A DNA stretch of 64,000 nucleotides from Paramoeba atlantica (lineage: Eukaryota; Protista; Discosea), in assembly GCA_977017575.1 (NCBI GenBank), contig CDRNVI010000024.1, positions 186,001 to 250,000 on the forward strand, given 5' to 3'. The notes under the pieces are model-generated. The model had not been told where the DNA came from, did not search any database, and worked only from the letters and a program-made list of their open reading frames with translations. Positions 1 through 11,025 of this stretch are shown piece after piece. A program made the position numbers and the translations under genes. Positions within the stretch are counted from its first letter, which is position 1. Each line of letters starts with the position of its first letter.

Positions 1-252
1 GACGGCGAGAGCGGTGAAGTTCGCGTACCCGTCGCTTTGGAGGTACTCCTTGGGGTGGGCGTTGGCGAGAAGGCGTTTCTCGGCCTCGTGGACGACGTTA
101 AGGAGGTAGGGGCGGCCGTTGGCGTCGCGGTAGGCTCCGATGCCGAGGTCGACTTTGTGGGGGGTGGGGTCCTCGGTGAAACGACGGGCGAGGGCGAAGA
201 TGGCATCGACGGGGATGGTGGGGACGGGGGCTTTGAGGTAGGGGAGAGACAT
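1..252 (-). CDS. GOT1: Aspartate aminotransferase, N-terminal part (runs off the left edge)
   Basis: Hand translation from ATG 252 (absent from the ORF track): MSLPYLKAPVPTIPVDAIFALARRFTEDPTPHKVDLGIGAYRDANGRPYLLNVVHEAE. It matches the AAT N-terminal KVxLGxGAYRD motif. No presequence, so probably cytosolic type. Confidence 0.9.
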   Translation of the reverse strand, partial: MSLPYLKAPVPTIPVDAIFALARRFTEDPTPHKVDLGIGAYRDANGRPYLLNVVHEAEKRLLANAHPKEYLQSDGYANFTALAV

Positions 253-423
253 GGGGGGTTGGGGGTGGTTTGTAGGGGGAAGGAGAGTGATTTTGGAAAG
301 GTAAAGATAAAAGAAGTCGGTGGATGGGAGACTCACGACCTGAATCGTCTTCGGGCAGAAACCCTTTCTTTTCTAAACTTTATAGTTATGAAACAACTTA
401 AATGTGCACACTTCCGCCACTCT

Positions 424-1377
424 TCATATTCCTTGCCTCTTAATCACCTTCAAATCATGAAGTAAATTTTGAACGTTCGGTCTCTGCGTTGGTTCCGGAT
501 GAAGCATCCGAGCAATGACACCGTCTAAAGAGCCATTGCCGGTACTATGAAAGTCTTGAATTTTGGTATTCAGCTTATCACGAAGAGACGTAAGGGAATC
601 AGCCCGGTGCACAAAATAGGGATGCGTTCCATAAAGAGCAATGTAAGTCAATACTCCTAATGCATAAATGTCGGCCTGAGAGTATTCTTCGAGCGATAAG
701 AATGTCTTGCCGAAACCGAGCGCCTGATTCACACGTTCACTACTTAGAAAGAGGGGAGAACCTGAGGCAACATTATCAGATTCACTACAAGGTATCTTGA
801 CCTCTTCGGCCCGATTTTGAGTGTTGTCGACAAAGGCTGAGCCGAAATCAATGAGCTTGACCTCATTAATGGTCTCGTCAAACATAACATTCTCCAGACG
901 TATATCACGATGTGCTATGCCAAGATGGTGAAGATGTAATAGTACCTCTGTTAAGGGACAAAGCACGTAAGTGACGAAAAAGGAAACATTTCGCAGGGGT
1001 GAAGTGGAATCCATGAGGTGACTCAGTAGCGTTTTACCTTCGACCCACTTCATGGAAATGTAGCCATGTGAGTGGGTCCGATAGGCTTCTATGTAGTGCA
1101 CAATTTTTGGATGTGATACTTTGCGCAGCACCGCAACTTCAGTGAGGAACGTTTTCCATTGTAGACACCCTACTGGGGTAATGGAGCCCGCCTTTGGTGG
1201 AGGAAGATCTGATTTTTTAAGGGCACGTAAACCGTCCTTAGACCTCCATAAGGTGGCGAAAGTACCTTCCGCGATCAAAAGTTCCGTTGAGTCCCCACGA
1301 GTACGCATCGGGATACCGCGCAAAAGCTGGGTCATCACCTTTTTACAATCAGTCAATTCGTCATCTTCAAAGCACAT
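424..1377 (-). CDS. Ser/Thr protein kinase
   Basis: 317 aa; ALKK, HRDIRLENV, DFG, DIYALG and RPNV subdomain motifs. Confidence 0.9.
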   Translation of the reverse strand: MCFEDDELTDCKKVMTQLLRGIPMRTRGDSTELLIAEGTFATLWRSKDGLRALKKSDLPPPKAGSITPVGCLQWKTFLTEVAVLRKVSHPKIVHYIEAYRTHSHGYISMKWVEGKTLLSHLMDSTSPLRNVSFFVTYVLCPLTEVLLHLHHLGIAHRDIRLENVMFDETINEVKLIDFGSAFVDNTQNRAEEVKIPCSESDNVASGSPLFLSSERVNQALGFGKTFLSLEEYSQADIYALGVLTYIALYGTHPYFVHRADSLTSLRDKLNTKIQDFHSTGNGSLDGVIARMLHPEPTQRPNVQNLLHDLKVIKRQGI

Positions 1378-1588
1378 TAAAAAATAATTTGACGAAGAAT
1401 TAACTATTTTAATTAGAATTGGGATGACCTCGAAAAGTAACTGATTTACACTAGAACTTGGTAAGCGTAGCCAGCCAATCTAGTGCACACGTTTTCCTGA
1501 GACTAGAGTATTCGTTTCTTTTTCAAGAACAAAAATTTCTTTTCAAGTACAAAAGAAATCGTGGCGCAAAATTCGCTGGACAAAGGTT

Positions 1589-2272
1589 TTAGAAGATGGC
1601 ATATCCCGTTCCGTTGGCAGAAGCAGCAATAATTTTAACTATTTTAATTGCAAATACAATATTAAATATTTGCATAGCACATGCCAATATCTTCAACAAA
1701 ATGCTCACGTAAGATTGCGTGATAACGTGATATACAAGCAAAGGAACAAAGATCAGACGTAGCAGTAAGAAGGAAAGAGCAAACACTCGCTCACATGCCC
1801 AATTGACCCATGTCACTCGCTTTTTGTCGTGGTGAAAAATCCACATTGTGTGATAAAAAGGATTGGAGGCTTCCATTAGCAAAAGTCCCATATTCAGCTC
1901 CCATCCCGACATCCCAGAAAAAACCGAGTCCAAGAGCGCCACTGCTGACACAACATGATGTATGAGAAAATGGCACTCCGAAAAACCGTAAACGTATGAG
2001 ACCACTCCGTCATAAACGAAGTAAGAAGCTGAAAACAAGAGAGCAACAACTTGTGAATCACTTGTTTCCCCTCCTGGTAGAGGCTCAATTTGAAGTGACC
2101 ACGCATTCCACGACAATATGCAGATGATAACTGAGTGCATAAGACTAACAATACGACTGGCATATTCCCTAGATGCAGCACTAAAGTAATACCGAACGAG
2201 GGAGAATAGTGCACACCAAAGGAAGAAACCAACAGTCAATGAAAATAAAATCTCACCTGAATGAGCTATCAT
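1589..2272 (-). CDS. TLC-domain (TRAM/LAG1/CLN8, TLCD-like) membrane protein
   Basis: Several hydrophobic helices; SYFVYD, IHH, MEASNPF, FALSFLLLR motifs. First ATG at 2272. Confidence 0.75.
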   Translation of the reverse strand: MIAHSGEILFSLTVGFFLWCALFSLVRYYFSAASREYASRIVSLMHSVIICILSWNAWSLQIEPLPGGETSDSQVVALLFSASYFVYDGVVSYVYGFSECHFLIHHVVSAVALLDSVFSGMSGWELNMGLLLMEASNPFYHTMWIFHHDKKRVTWVNWACERVFALSFLLLRLIFVPLLVYHVITQSYVSILLKILACAMQIFNIVFAIKIVKIIAASANGTGYAIF

Positions 2273-2459
2273 TGGAATGGAGAGTTGAAAAGGAAGAAGA
2301 TCGTAGATGACAAGCAACTAGTTATAGAATGCTCAAATATCAAAAGAATTTCTTTTTACTATTATAACTGTACCATATAGAATACGTACTACTTTCATGA
2401 TTATGATAATCTTTTAATTGCCTCACAATGTACATGTACGACAGTTCATTGCTGAACAT

Positions 2460-2957
2460 CTATTTGCGACGCTCGTATATTTCCCTTGCTTGTGCCGGCA
2501 ATGGTTCTCGACTATAGCGATCAATAGAGAGACGATCATAGCCCCAAACCCCTCTCTCGTACACACCAGATATTTTCCCTCCTCCCGTGGGGTAGTATCC
2601 ACAGCGGCCCCAGGCGAATCGGGTGTACAAATGCTCCAGCCACCACTCCTGGTACATGCAACGTTTGTACCAGAGATTCAGTTGTGTAATGCGTGAACGG
2701 CGATAACCTGTGGGATCGGTAGAACTGTTCAACGCGGTGGCCGGTGCCATTCGCATGCGCTGCCGCTCAGCTCGAATGATACCTACTCTCCGAAGAGGTA
2801 AGGTGTCCACACCAAGCGTGAAGTATAAAATCTTATGCTGCAATAAGCGTTCAGGTTCGGTAAACCATCGTGGGCCGGAGTGTATTTGATTGCTTGGATT
2901 CACAATTTTTGCTGCAGAAACGTAGTAGTTTCGGCATACACTAGAACTGTGTAGCAT
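2460..2957 (-). CDS. Basic, probably mitochondrial protein (weak mL51-like resemblance)
   Basis: Likely start MLHSSSVCRNY, a short kinetoplastid-type presequence. GPRW and HLYTRF loosely recall mL51; not confirmed. Confidence 0.55.
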   Translation of the reverse strand: MLHSSSVCRNYYVSAAKIVNPSNQIHSGPRWFTEPERLLQHKILYFTLGVDTLPLRRVGIIRAERQRMRMAPATALNSSTDPTGYRRSRITQLNLWYKRCMYQEWWLEHLYTRFAWGRCGYYPTGGGKISGVYERGVWGYDRLSIDRYSREPLPAQAREIYERRK

Positions 2958-3213
2958 GTTTAGAATGATTTGCAGTAAATCAAATTCATAAAGAAAAAGT
3001 ACAAGAAACTTTTCGTGTGCTGTATTGAAGGAGATGAATTGCACACCACAGCAATCTGTATACGTTTTTATACGTCTGTATATGTTTTTATACTTGGTAT
3101 GATGCATAGCATGATTGCTAATGCTCAAAAATTATTTTCCGCTCGTTCTCCAAGTACAAGCTGTGAGAGCTATAGCCACCCACAGAAGTACACCAACAAT
3201 GAGCATAGAATTT

Positions 3214-3279
3214 TCAGCCCCGAAAGGTGTGATCAAAAAAAAATAGAATCATAGGCTTCATTAAAAGATTAATCATCAT
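3214..3279 (-). ncRNA. Box C/D snoRNA, copy 1
   Basis: Minus strand: ATGATGA (C), ATGA (D'), ATGATT (C'), GATCACACCTTTCGGGG, CTGA (D). 66 nt, same strand as the genes. Confidence 0.7.
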
Positions 3280-3407
3280 GAAGAAGTGTTTTTCATTCTA
3301 CTGATTTCCCTACTTACGCTACTCTACTCCCCTACTGTAGAAGCACTTTTTTATGAGCTGGATTTCTCTCCAGCGTGAAAATCTTTCGTAACATGACTTC
3401 CCTTTAT

Positions 3408-3460
3408 TTAAGAGTCCAAATGTCCGAATCGGTGGACTCTTAAGTCGGGGAGATAGTAAC
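3408..3460. repeat. Dispersed hairpin element, copy 1
   Basis: TTAAGAGTCCA-14 nt-TGGACTCTTAA stem (3408-3443); 45/52 identical to 9235-9286. Confidence 0.75.
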
Positions 3461-3979
3461 AGCTCATGCTCTAAGATTAATTTGTATTTCCATTTCAAAA
3501 GTTGGGTGCAGACAACTTATATTGTACCCACTTTCAAAAATATTTTCTTTGGACCAGTTTTCAATAATATCCTGTTTTCCTCTTGTACATTCGAAAAATA
3601 GAGAGCCTACCTGCGCAGTCCCTTTCAAAACTTTGTGTATTGAATCCTTCTGCGACGTACGAAGAGTGAGTCATTTCCCTTGTATGGTATACCTGGTGTG
3701 CTATGATTAGGGAAAGGTTTGTCCAGAACTATTTTGTGATTTTCTAAGGAAGGCGCAAAGTCCTGCGGATTATCCCCAGCATATTTCCATCTGAGTACGC
3801 AGCTGAGATCGAAACAAGTACACATGCCAGAAAAAACAAGAAAAAAGAAGGAACCAAAGCACCTAAAATCTAGATAACAAAAAAATAGAAATCGATAAAT
3901 TTTTGGGTACCATATAAGTTAACATTGCCCCAAAAATTTTATTTACCCCAAGAACCAACCATGAATGAACGAATCTTTT

Positions 3980-4045
3980 TCAGCCCCGAAAGGTGTGATC
4001 AAAAATATATAGAATCATAGGTTTCATAGAAAGATTTATCATCAT
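3980..4045 (-). ncRNA. Box C/D snoRNA, copy 2
   Basis: Same boxes and identical D-guide as copy 1; substitutions fall only outside the boxes and D-guide; terminal TCTT/AAGA stem. Confidence 0.72.
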
Positions 4046-4571
4046 GAAGAAGAGATAATTTAAAGTCCATGAACTCTATGCATGGTGCATGAAAAATAAT
4101 GTGACTACACTAGTATGCATATTTTGCTGCTGGTATTATGCATGTATATTGCTTGCTGGATTAGTCAAAGTCACGTAAGACTCTTCAGTCATAATACGAT
4201 TGGGTTGTCAAAGGGCACACGCATCAGTCTTCTCGTTTTCTCTTTGGTGCACTGAGTATGACGAATAGAATACTGACAGCTTTTAACGTTCCCGCAAACC
4301 ATGTTGCAGCAATAGCTACAAGAAGCCCTACTGTCTGACACTCCATGATTCTTGAGTCTATTTGAAGACATACATGTATGTACATGTAAGCATGACTTAC
4401 ATGTAAGTCATCGAATCCATGCACTGAATTGCCGTAATTAAATATGAACAAACGTGAAGATAAAAATAACGATATGACATTCAACTCCAAATACCCTATT
4501 CATAGAATCTCAAATGGACAGAGACTACGATCAACCATTGCATTCAATACCAGTTCGAATGATGTGCGTTG

Positions 4572-5786
4572 CTACATTGGGTTAGGATACGGCAAACCCT
4601 GCTCTGGCTTCCGGGACGCCTCCGACAGCATGGGAACTGTGAAATAATGTACAGCGGGTAAATATTTCTGCCTTATCGCCGCAGTTTCCACTATTCCTCC
4701 TTCAAAACGAATACGGGACTTTACCTTTTTGTCCGCGTCAATAGATTCGGCGTAGCTCAGAATCTCCGCGTAAGTATCTTCAGGGATATAACTGGGCTCT
4801 GGTATCCCCACTCGCTCGTACCATCGTGCGATGTTAAGGTCCCAAACCGTACAAAGCATACGAATCGCTGAGGGAAACTCAGCTAATCCGTCTTCGTCAA
4901 AAAAAGAGTTATGTTTGGCATGAAGTCGGAAATCACGGCGTAAGGCAAAGAGCTCCTTTTCATCCGTCGGCAAGGGACGAATATTTAGTTCCTTTGTCTG
5001 ACGGAAAAGAACGTAGAGTACGCGGTAGGTACCCGCATCTTCTGTAGGTAGTGGTGGCAAGTAGGGTAGGGTAGTACTACCCACACAGGGGCGGTTGATA
5101 CCTTCCCCGCGGAGATTATATTGAAGGCCATGCAGAAGAAACCCCGTGTCTGATTTTGTTCGGAAAGGGTAATCGGGACTTACAATCAAGAGAGCGTACA
5201 GATTTCCGTCTTTGGGAAGATAAATCCGTGCCGGTTGTTGCAAGTGCTTCGCTTCAATATAGTTCCCGAAATGCGGTGAGCGCCAAAACGTGGACCTGCC
5301 TGGGTGATCCGCAACTTCCTCATGTAGTACTGAAAAGTTAACATCATTTTCCACACAGGGAAAGAACTCAGGAACTATACCGTGCTTCCTAAGATACTGG
5401 GGAGCCAATTTTTTCTCTTCCGATTCATTCCACTGCTCCGAGGTAAACCCTCGGTAATCCTTCTGCGGTATTTCTGGATAGGAAGTGCGTCTGAAATCAG
5501 ACATACTAACTCGCATAAAAAACGTGTGAGGAACGTGATGAGGAGAGTGAAATAAATGGGGTGTATCTAAGGCGTCAGAGTACTGCCTCGGCTGAAACCA
5601 ATGGTCGCAGAGGACAGTTTTTTGTAGACCGTATTGCGGACTCCACAGTAACTCAGGGCAAGGTAACTTCTCTAACTGCCTCTTTTTACGATCTTCTTCT
5701 CTTTTTTCCCTTGTTCGAGTTTCGAGGGTAGAAGACATTGTGCGCCATCCAGGCACCTCCATTAGAAGACCTAACGTGCGTCTCAT
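4572..5786 (-). CDS. MRPL38: Mitochondrial ribosomal protein mL38 (PEBP fold)
   Basis: PEBP-type LLIVSPDYP, YLPPLP..AGTYRVLYVLFRQ, with an N-terminal basic presequence. Confidence 0.8.
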   Translation of the reverse strand: MRRTLGLLMEVPGWRTMSSTLETRTREKREEDRKKRQLEKLPCPELLWSPQYGLQKTVLCDHWFQPRQYSDALDTPHLFHSPHHVPHTFFMRVSMSDFRRTSYPEIPQKDYRGFTSEQWNESEEKKLAPQYLRKHGIVPEFFPCVENDVNFSVLHEEVADHPGRSTFWRSPHFGNYIEAKHLQQPARIYLPKDGNLYALLIVSPDYPFRTKSDTGFLLHGLQYNLRGEGINRPCVGSTTLPYLPPLPTEDAGTYRVLYVLFRQTKELNIRPLPTDEKELFALRRDFRLHAKHNSFFDEDGLAEFPSAIRMLCTVWDLNIARWYERVGIPEPSYIPEDTYAEILSYAESIDADKKVKSRIRFEGGIVETAAIRQKYLPAVHYFTVPMLSEASRKPEQGLPYPNPM

Positions 5787-5990
5787 TAGACCAAGGTAGA
5801 GAACTAAAATATATCTTCAAGTACCAGATAAAAAATGCTGCACTTTAATTTTTACCATGCTAAAATCTAGAAATATAAGTCATTTCCCCCCGAGAAATGT
5901 AGCGAAATAAATAGCCCAGTCCGCCCAAGTTATACGAATACACAGCTCAAACCATAATCCAATACCCGCTGCAGTTCAGCAGAAGAAACT

Positions 5991-7841
5991 CTATTCTGGC
6001 AGGGAACGAAGTGCAGCTTGAATATCCTCATACTGTTGTCTAAAATGCGCCTCTAGAGTATCCTGCCCCAAGGCTGGGTCTTGGAACTTCATTTCTGTCA
6101 ACTGCACAAGTGTTGAAGGCAGTGTGTTGCGAATCCAGGACCATGTAATCTTCTTCGACGAAGAGTCCGAGAGTAATCGATGGGCCTCTTCATAAAAGCA
6201 CACAATGTTCTTCATCATCCACAATGTTTTGTAGAGCGGGCAAAATTTATCGTAAACTTTAAACGCATCTTGTTGTAAAAACTCTTCTCGAACGAGTTTC
6301 GCCACTTCCAGCACTAGTTTGTCTTGCTCACTTAGCGAGTCCTTCCCGACCAGCTGCACAATTTCGGTCAAGTCCTCCTCACGCTGAAGAATCCGTGCCA
6401 ACGTGGAACGCAGCTGCAAAAACTCTGGATCGATCCGAGAGAAGTAGGGTTCCATCACCTTTAGGTACTTCGAGTAACTCAACAACCAGTTCACGGATGG
6501 AAAATGTTTCCGCTGGGCGAGCTTTTTGTCCAGTCCCCAAAACACTTGCACAATTCCGAGCGTGGCCGTCGTCACGGGATCCGAAAAATCCCCTCCCGGA
6601 GGCGACACCGCTCCCACAATCGTCACACTCCCCTCACGACGCGGCGAACCCAGACACCGTACCTTCCCCGCGCGCTCATAGAAACTCGCCAGACGAGCCC
6701 CCAAATACGCCGGGTATCCCCCATCCGCCGGCATCTCCGCCAACCTCCCCGAAATCTCCCGCAACGCCTCCGCCCACCGGCTCGTGCTATCCGCCATCAT
6801 CGCCAAATCCTTCCCCATATCCCGGTAGTACTCCGCGAGCGTGATCCCGGTATAAATCGACGCCTCCCGCGCCGCCACCGGCATATTCGACGTGTTCGCC
6901 ACCAGCGTCGTCCGTTTCATAATACTCTCCTCCCGGTCCCCCACGGGGGTCGTCAGCGCGGGGAACTCCATCAGCACCTCCGCCATCTCATTCCCCCGCT
7001 CCCCGCACCCCACGTAGACCACCGCGTCGCTGTTGCTGTACTTCGACAGCGCCTGGGAGATCACCGTCTTGCCGCAGCCAAAGGCCCCGGGGATCGCACA
7101 GGTCCCGCCCTGGGCCGCGGGGAAGAACGCGTCCAGCACGCGCTGCCCGGTGAGCAGCGGCATCGAGCCGCTGAGCTTCTCCGCGACGGGCCGGGGGGAG
7201 CGCACGGGCCAGTGCTGGGCTAGGGTCAGCTTTTTGCGCGTGCCACGGGGGGTTTCGAGTTCAAGAATCGTGTCGGTGAGGGTGTAGTCCCCGGGGCACG
7301 CGATCTCGCGGACAACCCCTTCGGTGGAGGGGGGGAGCATAATGTGGTGTTGGGGGATGAGGGAGTTTTCGTAGACGGTGCCGAAGATGTGACCGGGGGA
7401 GAGGGTGTCGCCGGGGCGGACGGCGGGGGTGAATTCCCAGGGCTGGGTGTGGTCCAGGGGGAGGACGTTGACCCCGCGGGGGATGTAGACGGAGTTGGAG
7501 AGGGTTTGGATGGTGTCGAGGGGACGTTGGATGCCGTCAAAGATCTGGCCCATGATCCCGGGACCGAGTTCGAGGCTGAGGGGGGTGCCGGTGCGGTAGA
7601 CAGGGTCCCCGACACGGACCCCGCCGGTCTCTTCGTAGACTTGGATTGTGGCGGTGTCGCCTTGGAGACGGATGATTTCCCCGACGAGTTTGTAGTTTCC
7701 CACACGAACGAGTTCGTACATGGCACTGCCGGACATGTGGACCGCAATAACTACGGGACCGCTGACACCTTGTACCGCGCCCAGCGTGTGCTCCGGGGCA
7801 TCCTCAATAGTGGCGTCCCGGGGTAGGGGTAGGGAGGTCAT
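5991..7841 (-). CDS. ATP6V1A: V-type H+-ATPase catalytic subunit A
   Basis: GAFGCGKT P-loop, [29 protein letters not shown]; 616 aa, no intein. Confidence 0.98.
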   Translation of the reverse strand: MTSLPLPRDATIEDAPEHTLGAVQGVSGPVVIAVHMSGSAMYELVRVGNYKLVGEIIRLQGDTATIQVYEETGGVRVGDPVYRTGTPLSLELGPGIMGQIFDGIQRPLDTIQTLSNSVYIPRGVNVLPLDHTQPWEFTPAVRPGDTLSPGHIFGTVYENSLIPQHHIMLPPSTEGVVREIACPGDYTLTDTILELETPRGTRKKLTLAQHWPVRSPRPVAEKLSGSMPLLTGQRVLDAFFPAAQGGTCAIPGAFGCGKTVISQALSKYSNSDAVVYVGCGERGNEMAEVLMEFPALTTPVGDREESIMKRTTLVANTSNMPVAAREASIYTGITLAEYYRDMGKDLAMMADSTSRWAEALREISGRLAEMPADGGYPAYLGARLASFYERAGKVRCLGSPRREGSVTIVGAVSPPGGDFSDPVTTATLGIVQVFWGLDKKLAQRKHFPSVNWLLSYSKYLKVMEPYFSRIDPEFLQLRSTLARILQREEDLTEIVQLVGKDSLSEQDKLVLEVAKLVREEFLQQDAFKVYDKFCPLYKTLWMMKNIVCFYEEAHRLLSDSSSKKITWSWIRNTLPSTLVQLTEMKFQDPALGQDTLEAHFRQQYEDIQAALRSLPE

Positions 7842-7880
7842 GTAATGATAGAGTAAGGGTTAAAAGGAGGGAAAAGTGGC
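6580..7880. other. C-to-G skew-switch island (pivot about 7050-7150)
   Basis: + strand C-rich to the left, G-rich to the right. Confidence 0.85.
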
Positions 7881-8177
7881 AAGAATTTTCAAAAAGAGAA
7901 CAAAGAGATAATAACATACTATGTTTTCGAAACATTAGAATGTGCACTCCTTGTTCGCAATTGTGAACAACTTCCACATACAAACCTTTCAAAATTGGTG
8001 ATTGCAGTTATTCACTTTAAAATTTCTGTATTCACTTACAAGATTTGTGAGAAAAAATATGTATTTTTTAACGCCAAATAATATTGCAAAAGCTATGGAA
8101 TGCCTTTTGGTTCGATATAAGTGATTAAATCACCTATCAAAAAATTGGAGCAAAAGAATATCAGAAATTCCATGGAG

Positions 8178-8801
8178 CTATGCATGCTCCTCTGCAAGTG
8201 CATCCGGTTCATCGTCGGAATCTTCGTCTTCTCCAATTAACGTGGTGAAAGGATCTTCCCAAACCTCTAGCTTCAGTATCCCTGCGAGCTCCGCCTCCGT
8301 ATCCGCCTCCTGATCAACCATGAAGAAGATAAAGAACGTAGCAAAAGAATCCTGCTCTTGGATTCCGTCAAGTTTCGCTGGAAGGCGAGGAAACTTCCCC
8401 TCCTTCCATTGCACACCGCTCTTGCTTACAGGGGCTCCGTGGGCGTTAAACGACTTCCACAACACTTCGTCGTGAAAGAAGGTATTCTTCCCACCAAAGC
8501 GCAGCGTGATACAAAAGCCGGCATCATCGACATTCTCCTTCACTTCAATGTCGATCAGATCTTCAAAAATTTCGGGGTCATGAGGGCCTAATATTTCATC
8601 AATGTCGCGGTGCATCAAAAATACTTTGGACCAAAATTTTGGTTCTTCCTGACTGATTATTTCTCCTCTCTTTTTGAATAACTCAGCTCGGTTGGACAGA
8701 TACTTTTTGTGCGCCTCAATTGTCTCTTTCTTTGAATTCAAGGATGCTTCATCAATACCTTGCTGACATGTCTGAAGCTCTTCGGATACTTGCATTTCCA
8801 T
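8178..8801 (-). CDS. Nucleosome assembly protein (NAP/SET family)
   Basis: FWSKVF, F..NTFF.D..LWK, SFATFF, E.W.DP motifs and an acidic tail. Confidence 0.8.
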   Translation of the reverse strand: MEMQVSEELQTCQQGIDEASLNSKKETIEAHKKYLSNRAELFKKRGEIISQEEPKFWSKVFLMHRDIDEILGPHDPEIFEDLIDIEVKENVDDAGFCITLRFGGKNTFFHDEVLWKSFNAHGAPVSKSGVQWKEGKFPRLPAKLDGIQEQDSFATFFIFFMVDQEADTEAELAGILKLEVWEDPFTTLIGEDEDSDDEPDALAEEHA

Positions 8802-8969
8802 TGGTAAATTAGACCGAAATAAGTTTGAAACGGAATGTGGAAAATAAACGGTCCGTCTTCCCAAAAAGAACGTTTTTCGTCAAAGCACAAAGGATTTATG
8901 AACAGTATGCACCAATATAGTTTTTACTACAGTATGCACAATAACAAATCGAACAACGCAATCGAACTA

Positions 8970-9029
8970 CCGTAGACCCCCTAGTAAGAGAAGGGGTCCA
9001 CAGTAATAATATTACTGTGGGGTATACGG
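8970..9029. mobile_element. Collapsed MITE-like element with CCGTA(T/G)ACCCC termini
   Basis: TA|CCGTAGACCCCCTAGTAAGAGA ... GGGGTATACGG; internal 10-bp hairpin 8998-9020. Same terminal motif at 49244-49535 and 17849-17875. Confidence 0.5.
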
Positions 9030-9220
9030 CATGTATCAAAGAAGTTGCCACTCATCTAAGATGTCCATCTAATGCAAACCCATCTTCCTATGCTTCTCTA
9101 GAAGCCTGCTAAAAAAATATCCCGCCCTGGGGAACTAATATGCTCGAGAACTAACAAATGTCCTTTTTCCTTATGAAAAATCTTTTTTTTGGATCACAGA
9201 ATTCTTTTTTTTAGCTTGAA

Positions 9221-9286
9221 TTCCCTACTTACTGTAAGAGTCCAAATGTCCGAATCGGCGTACTCTTAAGTAGATGGGACAGTAAC
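9221..9286. repeat. Dispersed hairpin element, copy 2
   Basis: TAAGAGT..ACTCTTA stem with outer TTACTGT/ACAGTAA pairing; homologous to 3409-3460. Confidence 0.75.
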
Positions 9287-9346
9287 CAAAAATGACAAAA
9301 AGTATGGTGTAAAAGGTACGTATGTTTTATGTATAACAAGCGACTG

Positions 9347-10045
9347 CTAATTCGCATCGTATCCCTTTATACATGTTGGCAGAGTTTCACCTATGGGTAA
9401 TTTTTCTAAGGTATTGCCATTTACCGTTACTAAGGAAAGATTGATCGGTAGATCTCCGTAGTCGAGCAGTGACGTGATCTGGTTATTTTCGAGACGAAGA
9501 TAAGAGAGCCGGAAGGGTAAACCAAAAAAATTTACCGGACCCGAGAAGCGATTGTCGTTAAGTCCAAGTGAGTGTAGAAAGGGGGGAAGGTGGGATATAT
9601 TGAGTGTCCCTTCAAAACAATTTTTCCCTACTCGAAATGTGCGAAGCTGCTGGGGGAGGTCGGTTAGATCTAATGTACCCTGAAGGTTGTTCTCTTGGAG
9701 ATCAACATGTTTCAAGTGGGAAGGTAACCCTGAAAGTTGTAATGGACCCGATATCTTATTCCTCGCAAGAAAAAGGGATTCAGTAATGTCTGGCAAAACT
9801 TGAAGACGAAGAGTTCCGGATAAATTCATTTGAGGACATAAAATGAAGAGGGATTCTTGATCTTCGGAGAATGATAGCCCATACCATTGAGAAAGAGGAC
9901 GTTTAGGCGTCCATGTCGGCGGCACTTTCAGCAACGATTGAATAAAGCGTTCCATTTGGATTTCAAGCGGAAGAGTGAGTCCGCACACTCGACCGCGGGA
10001 AGAACCTTTTTCATCAGCAGTTTGTAGAAACTGTAAAGTAGCCAT
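9347..10045 (-). CDS. LRR protein (23-aa repeat family)
   Basis: LxxLxLxxNxLxGxLDLxxLPxx repeats after a shared W..W.G cap. Confidence 0.9.
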   Translation of the reverse strand: MATLQFLQTADEKGSSRGRVCGLTLPLEIQMERFIQSLLKVPPTWTPKRPLSQWYGLSFSEDQESLFILCPQMNLSGTLRLQVLPDITESLFLARNKISGPLQLSGLPSHLKHVDLQENNLQGTLDLTDLPQQLRTFRVGKNCFEGTLNISHLPPFLHSLGLNDNRFSGPVNFFGLPFRLSYLRLENNQITSLLDYGDLPINLSLVTVNGNTLEKLPIGETLPTCIKGYDAN

Positions 10046-10388
10046 TTTACATGAGCACAGCAACAAAAAAGCGGAGTTTAAATAAATTTTATACGTTGTG
10101 GTGATACAGATAATTCTGATGAAGATGATTCTTGTGATCCGAATAAACCTGACTTATACTTACAAGTCTCGCATGCTTGTGAAATTGGAAAAGAAAATCT
10201 CTCGTATCGAGGCAATGGTGTACCAAAGCAAGAGAACAGTAAGAGGATATGAAGATTCGAAATGCAAAAAAACGAGACTCACGTATTGAAAATTCAAGGG
10301 AAATGAAACACTAAACGTTTTCTTCTTTTTCTTTTTGTGCATTCAAGTCTACAGTGTAGTATTAGGTTCATAATGCACAATAAGCTCT

Positions 10389-10640
10389 TCACCTAGCAAG
10401 AATGATCAGAATTCCTCCCATACTCTGTAAATCTTGTAGTGTAAACTTATTTTCACAATTTTGTGGCTCCCCTCTGCGCAGCACAGTCAAAGAGTCACTC
10501 GGTATGGAAAATGTGGCGCTTACTATTTCGCATGCGTGTACAGCAGTGATTCCGTTGGCTTCGTCTGGCAAGTCACAAAGATGTACTAGAGGTAATTTGA
10601 TCTTGCCAAATATTTTTACAAAAAGCTTCATACGATGCAC
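10389..10640 (-). CDS. Small hypothetical protein
   Basis: 83-aa ORF on the gene strand in a 1-kb gap; no recognisable motif. Confidence 0.25.
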   Translation of the reverse strand: MHRMKLFVKIFGKIKLPLVHLCDLPDEANGITAVHACEIVSATFSIPSDSLTVLRRGEPQNCENKFTLQDLQSMGGILIILAR

Positions 10641-11025
10641 ATGATAATTGAACTATGAAAATCAAAATATGCCGATAAAAAGCTCCAATTTTCATAGCAT
10701 AAAGAAAATGTGCACTATAAGCCCGTATAATCTTTTATACAGGGGGTGACCATGTGGGGGAGATCACGTGAGAGCTTACCCCCACCTTCTCAAATCCTAG
10801 ACCCCACATATTTAGTTGAATCTGTAGAGACAATTGCAATAGGTGGGCAAGACGACTCCCAAACGTTTTCTTTTAAACAAACGTGATAATATATATTTTT
10901 ATTGTATTTTTTATGTACACATACAGAATACTCAGGGTACACTTTATACTACATTGCCATAAAACTGAAGTAAAAGTGGATGATCTAGTGTGCCGAAGCA
11001 TTGGCTACCATGTGCTCTATAAACA

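Noticed and set aside
3262-3272. TTAATCTTT as a guide for the 18S AAAGAUUAA site
   Set aside because: Not conserved in the second snoRNA copy, and as I recall kinetoplastid SSU differs there.
6395-7826. Long overlapping + and alternative-frame ORFs over V-ATPase A
   Set aside because: Stop-poor shadow frames caused by the GC-rich skew island; low-complexity products.
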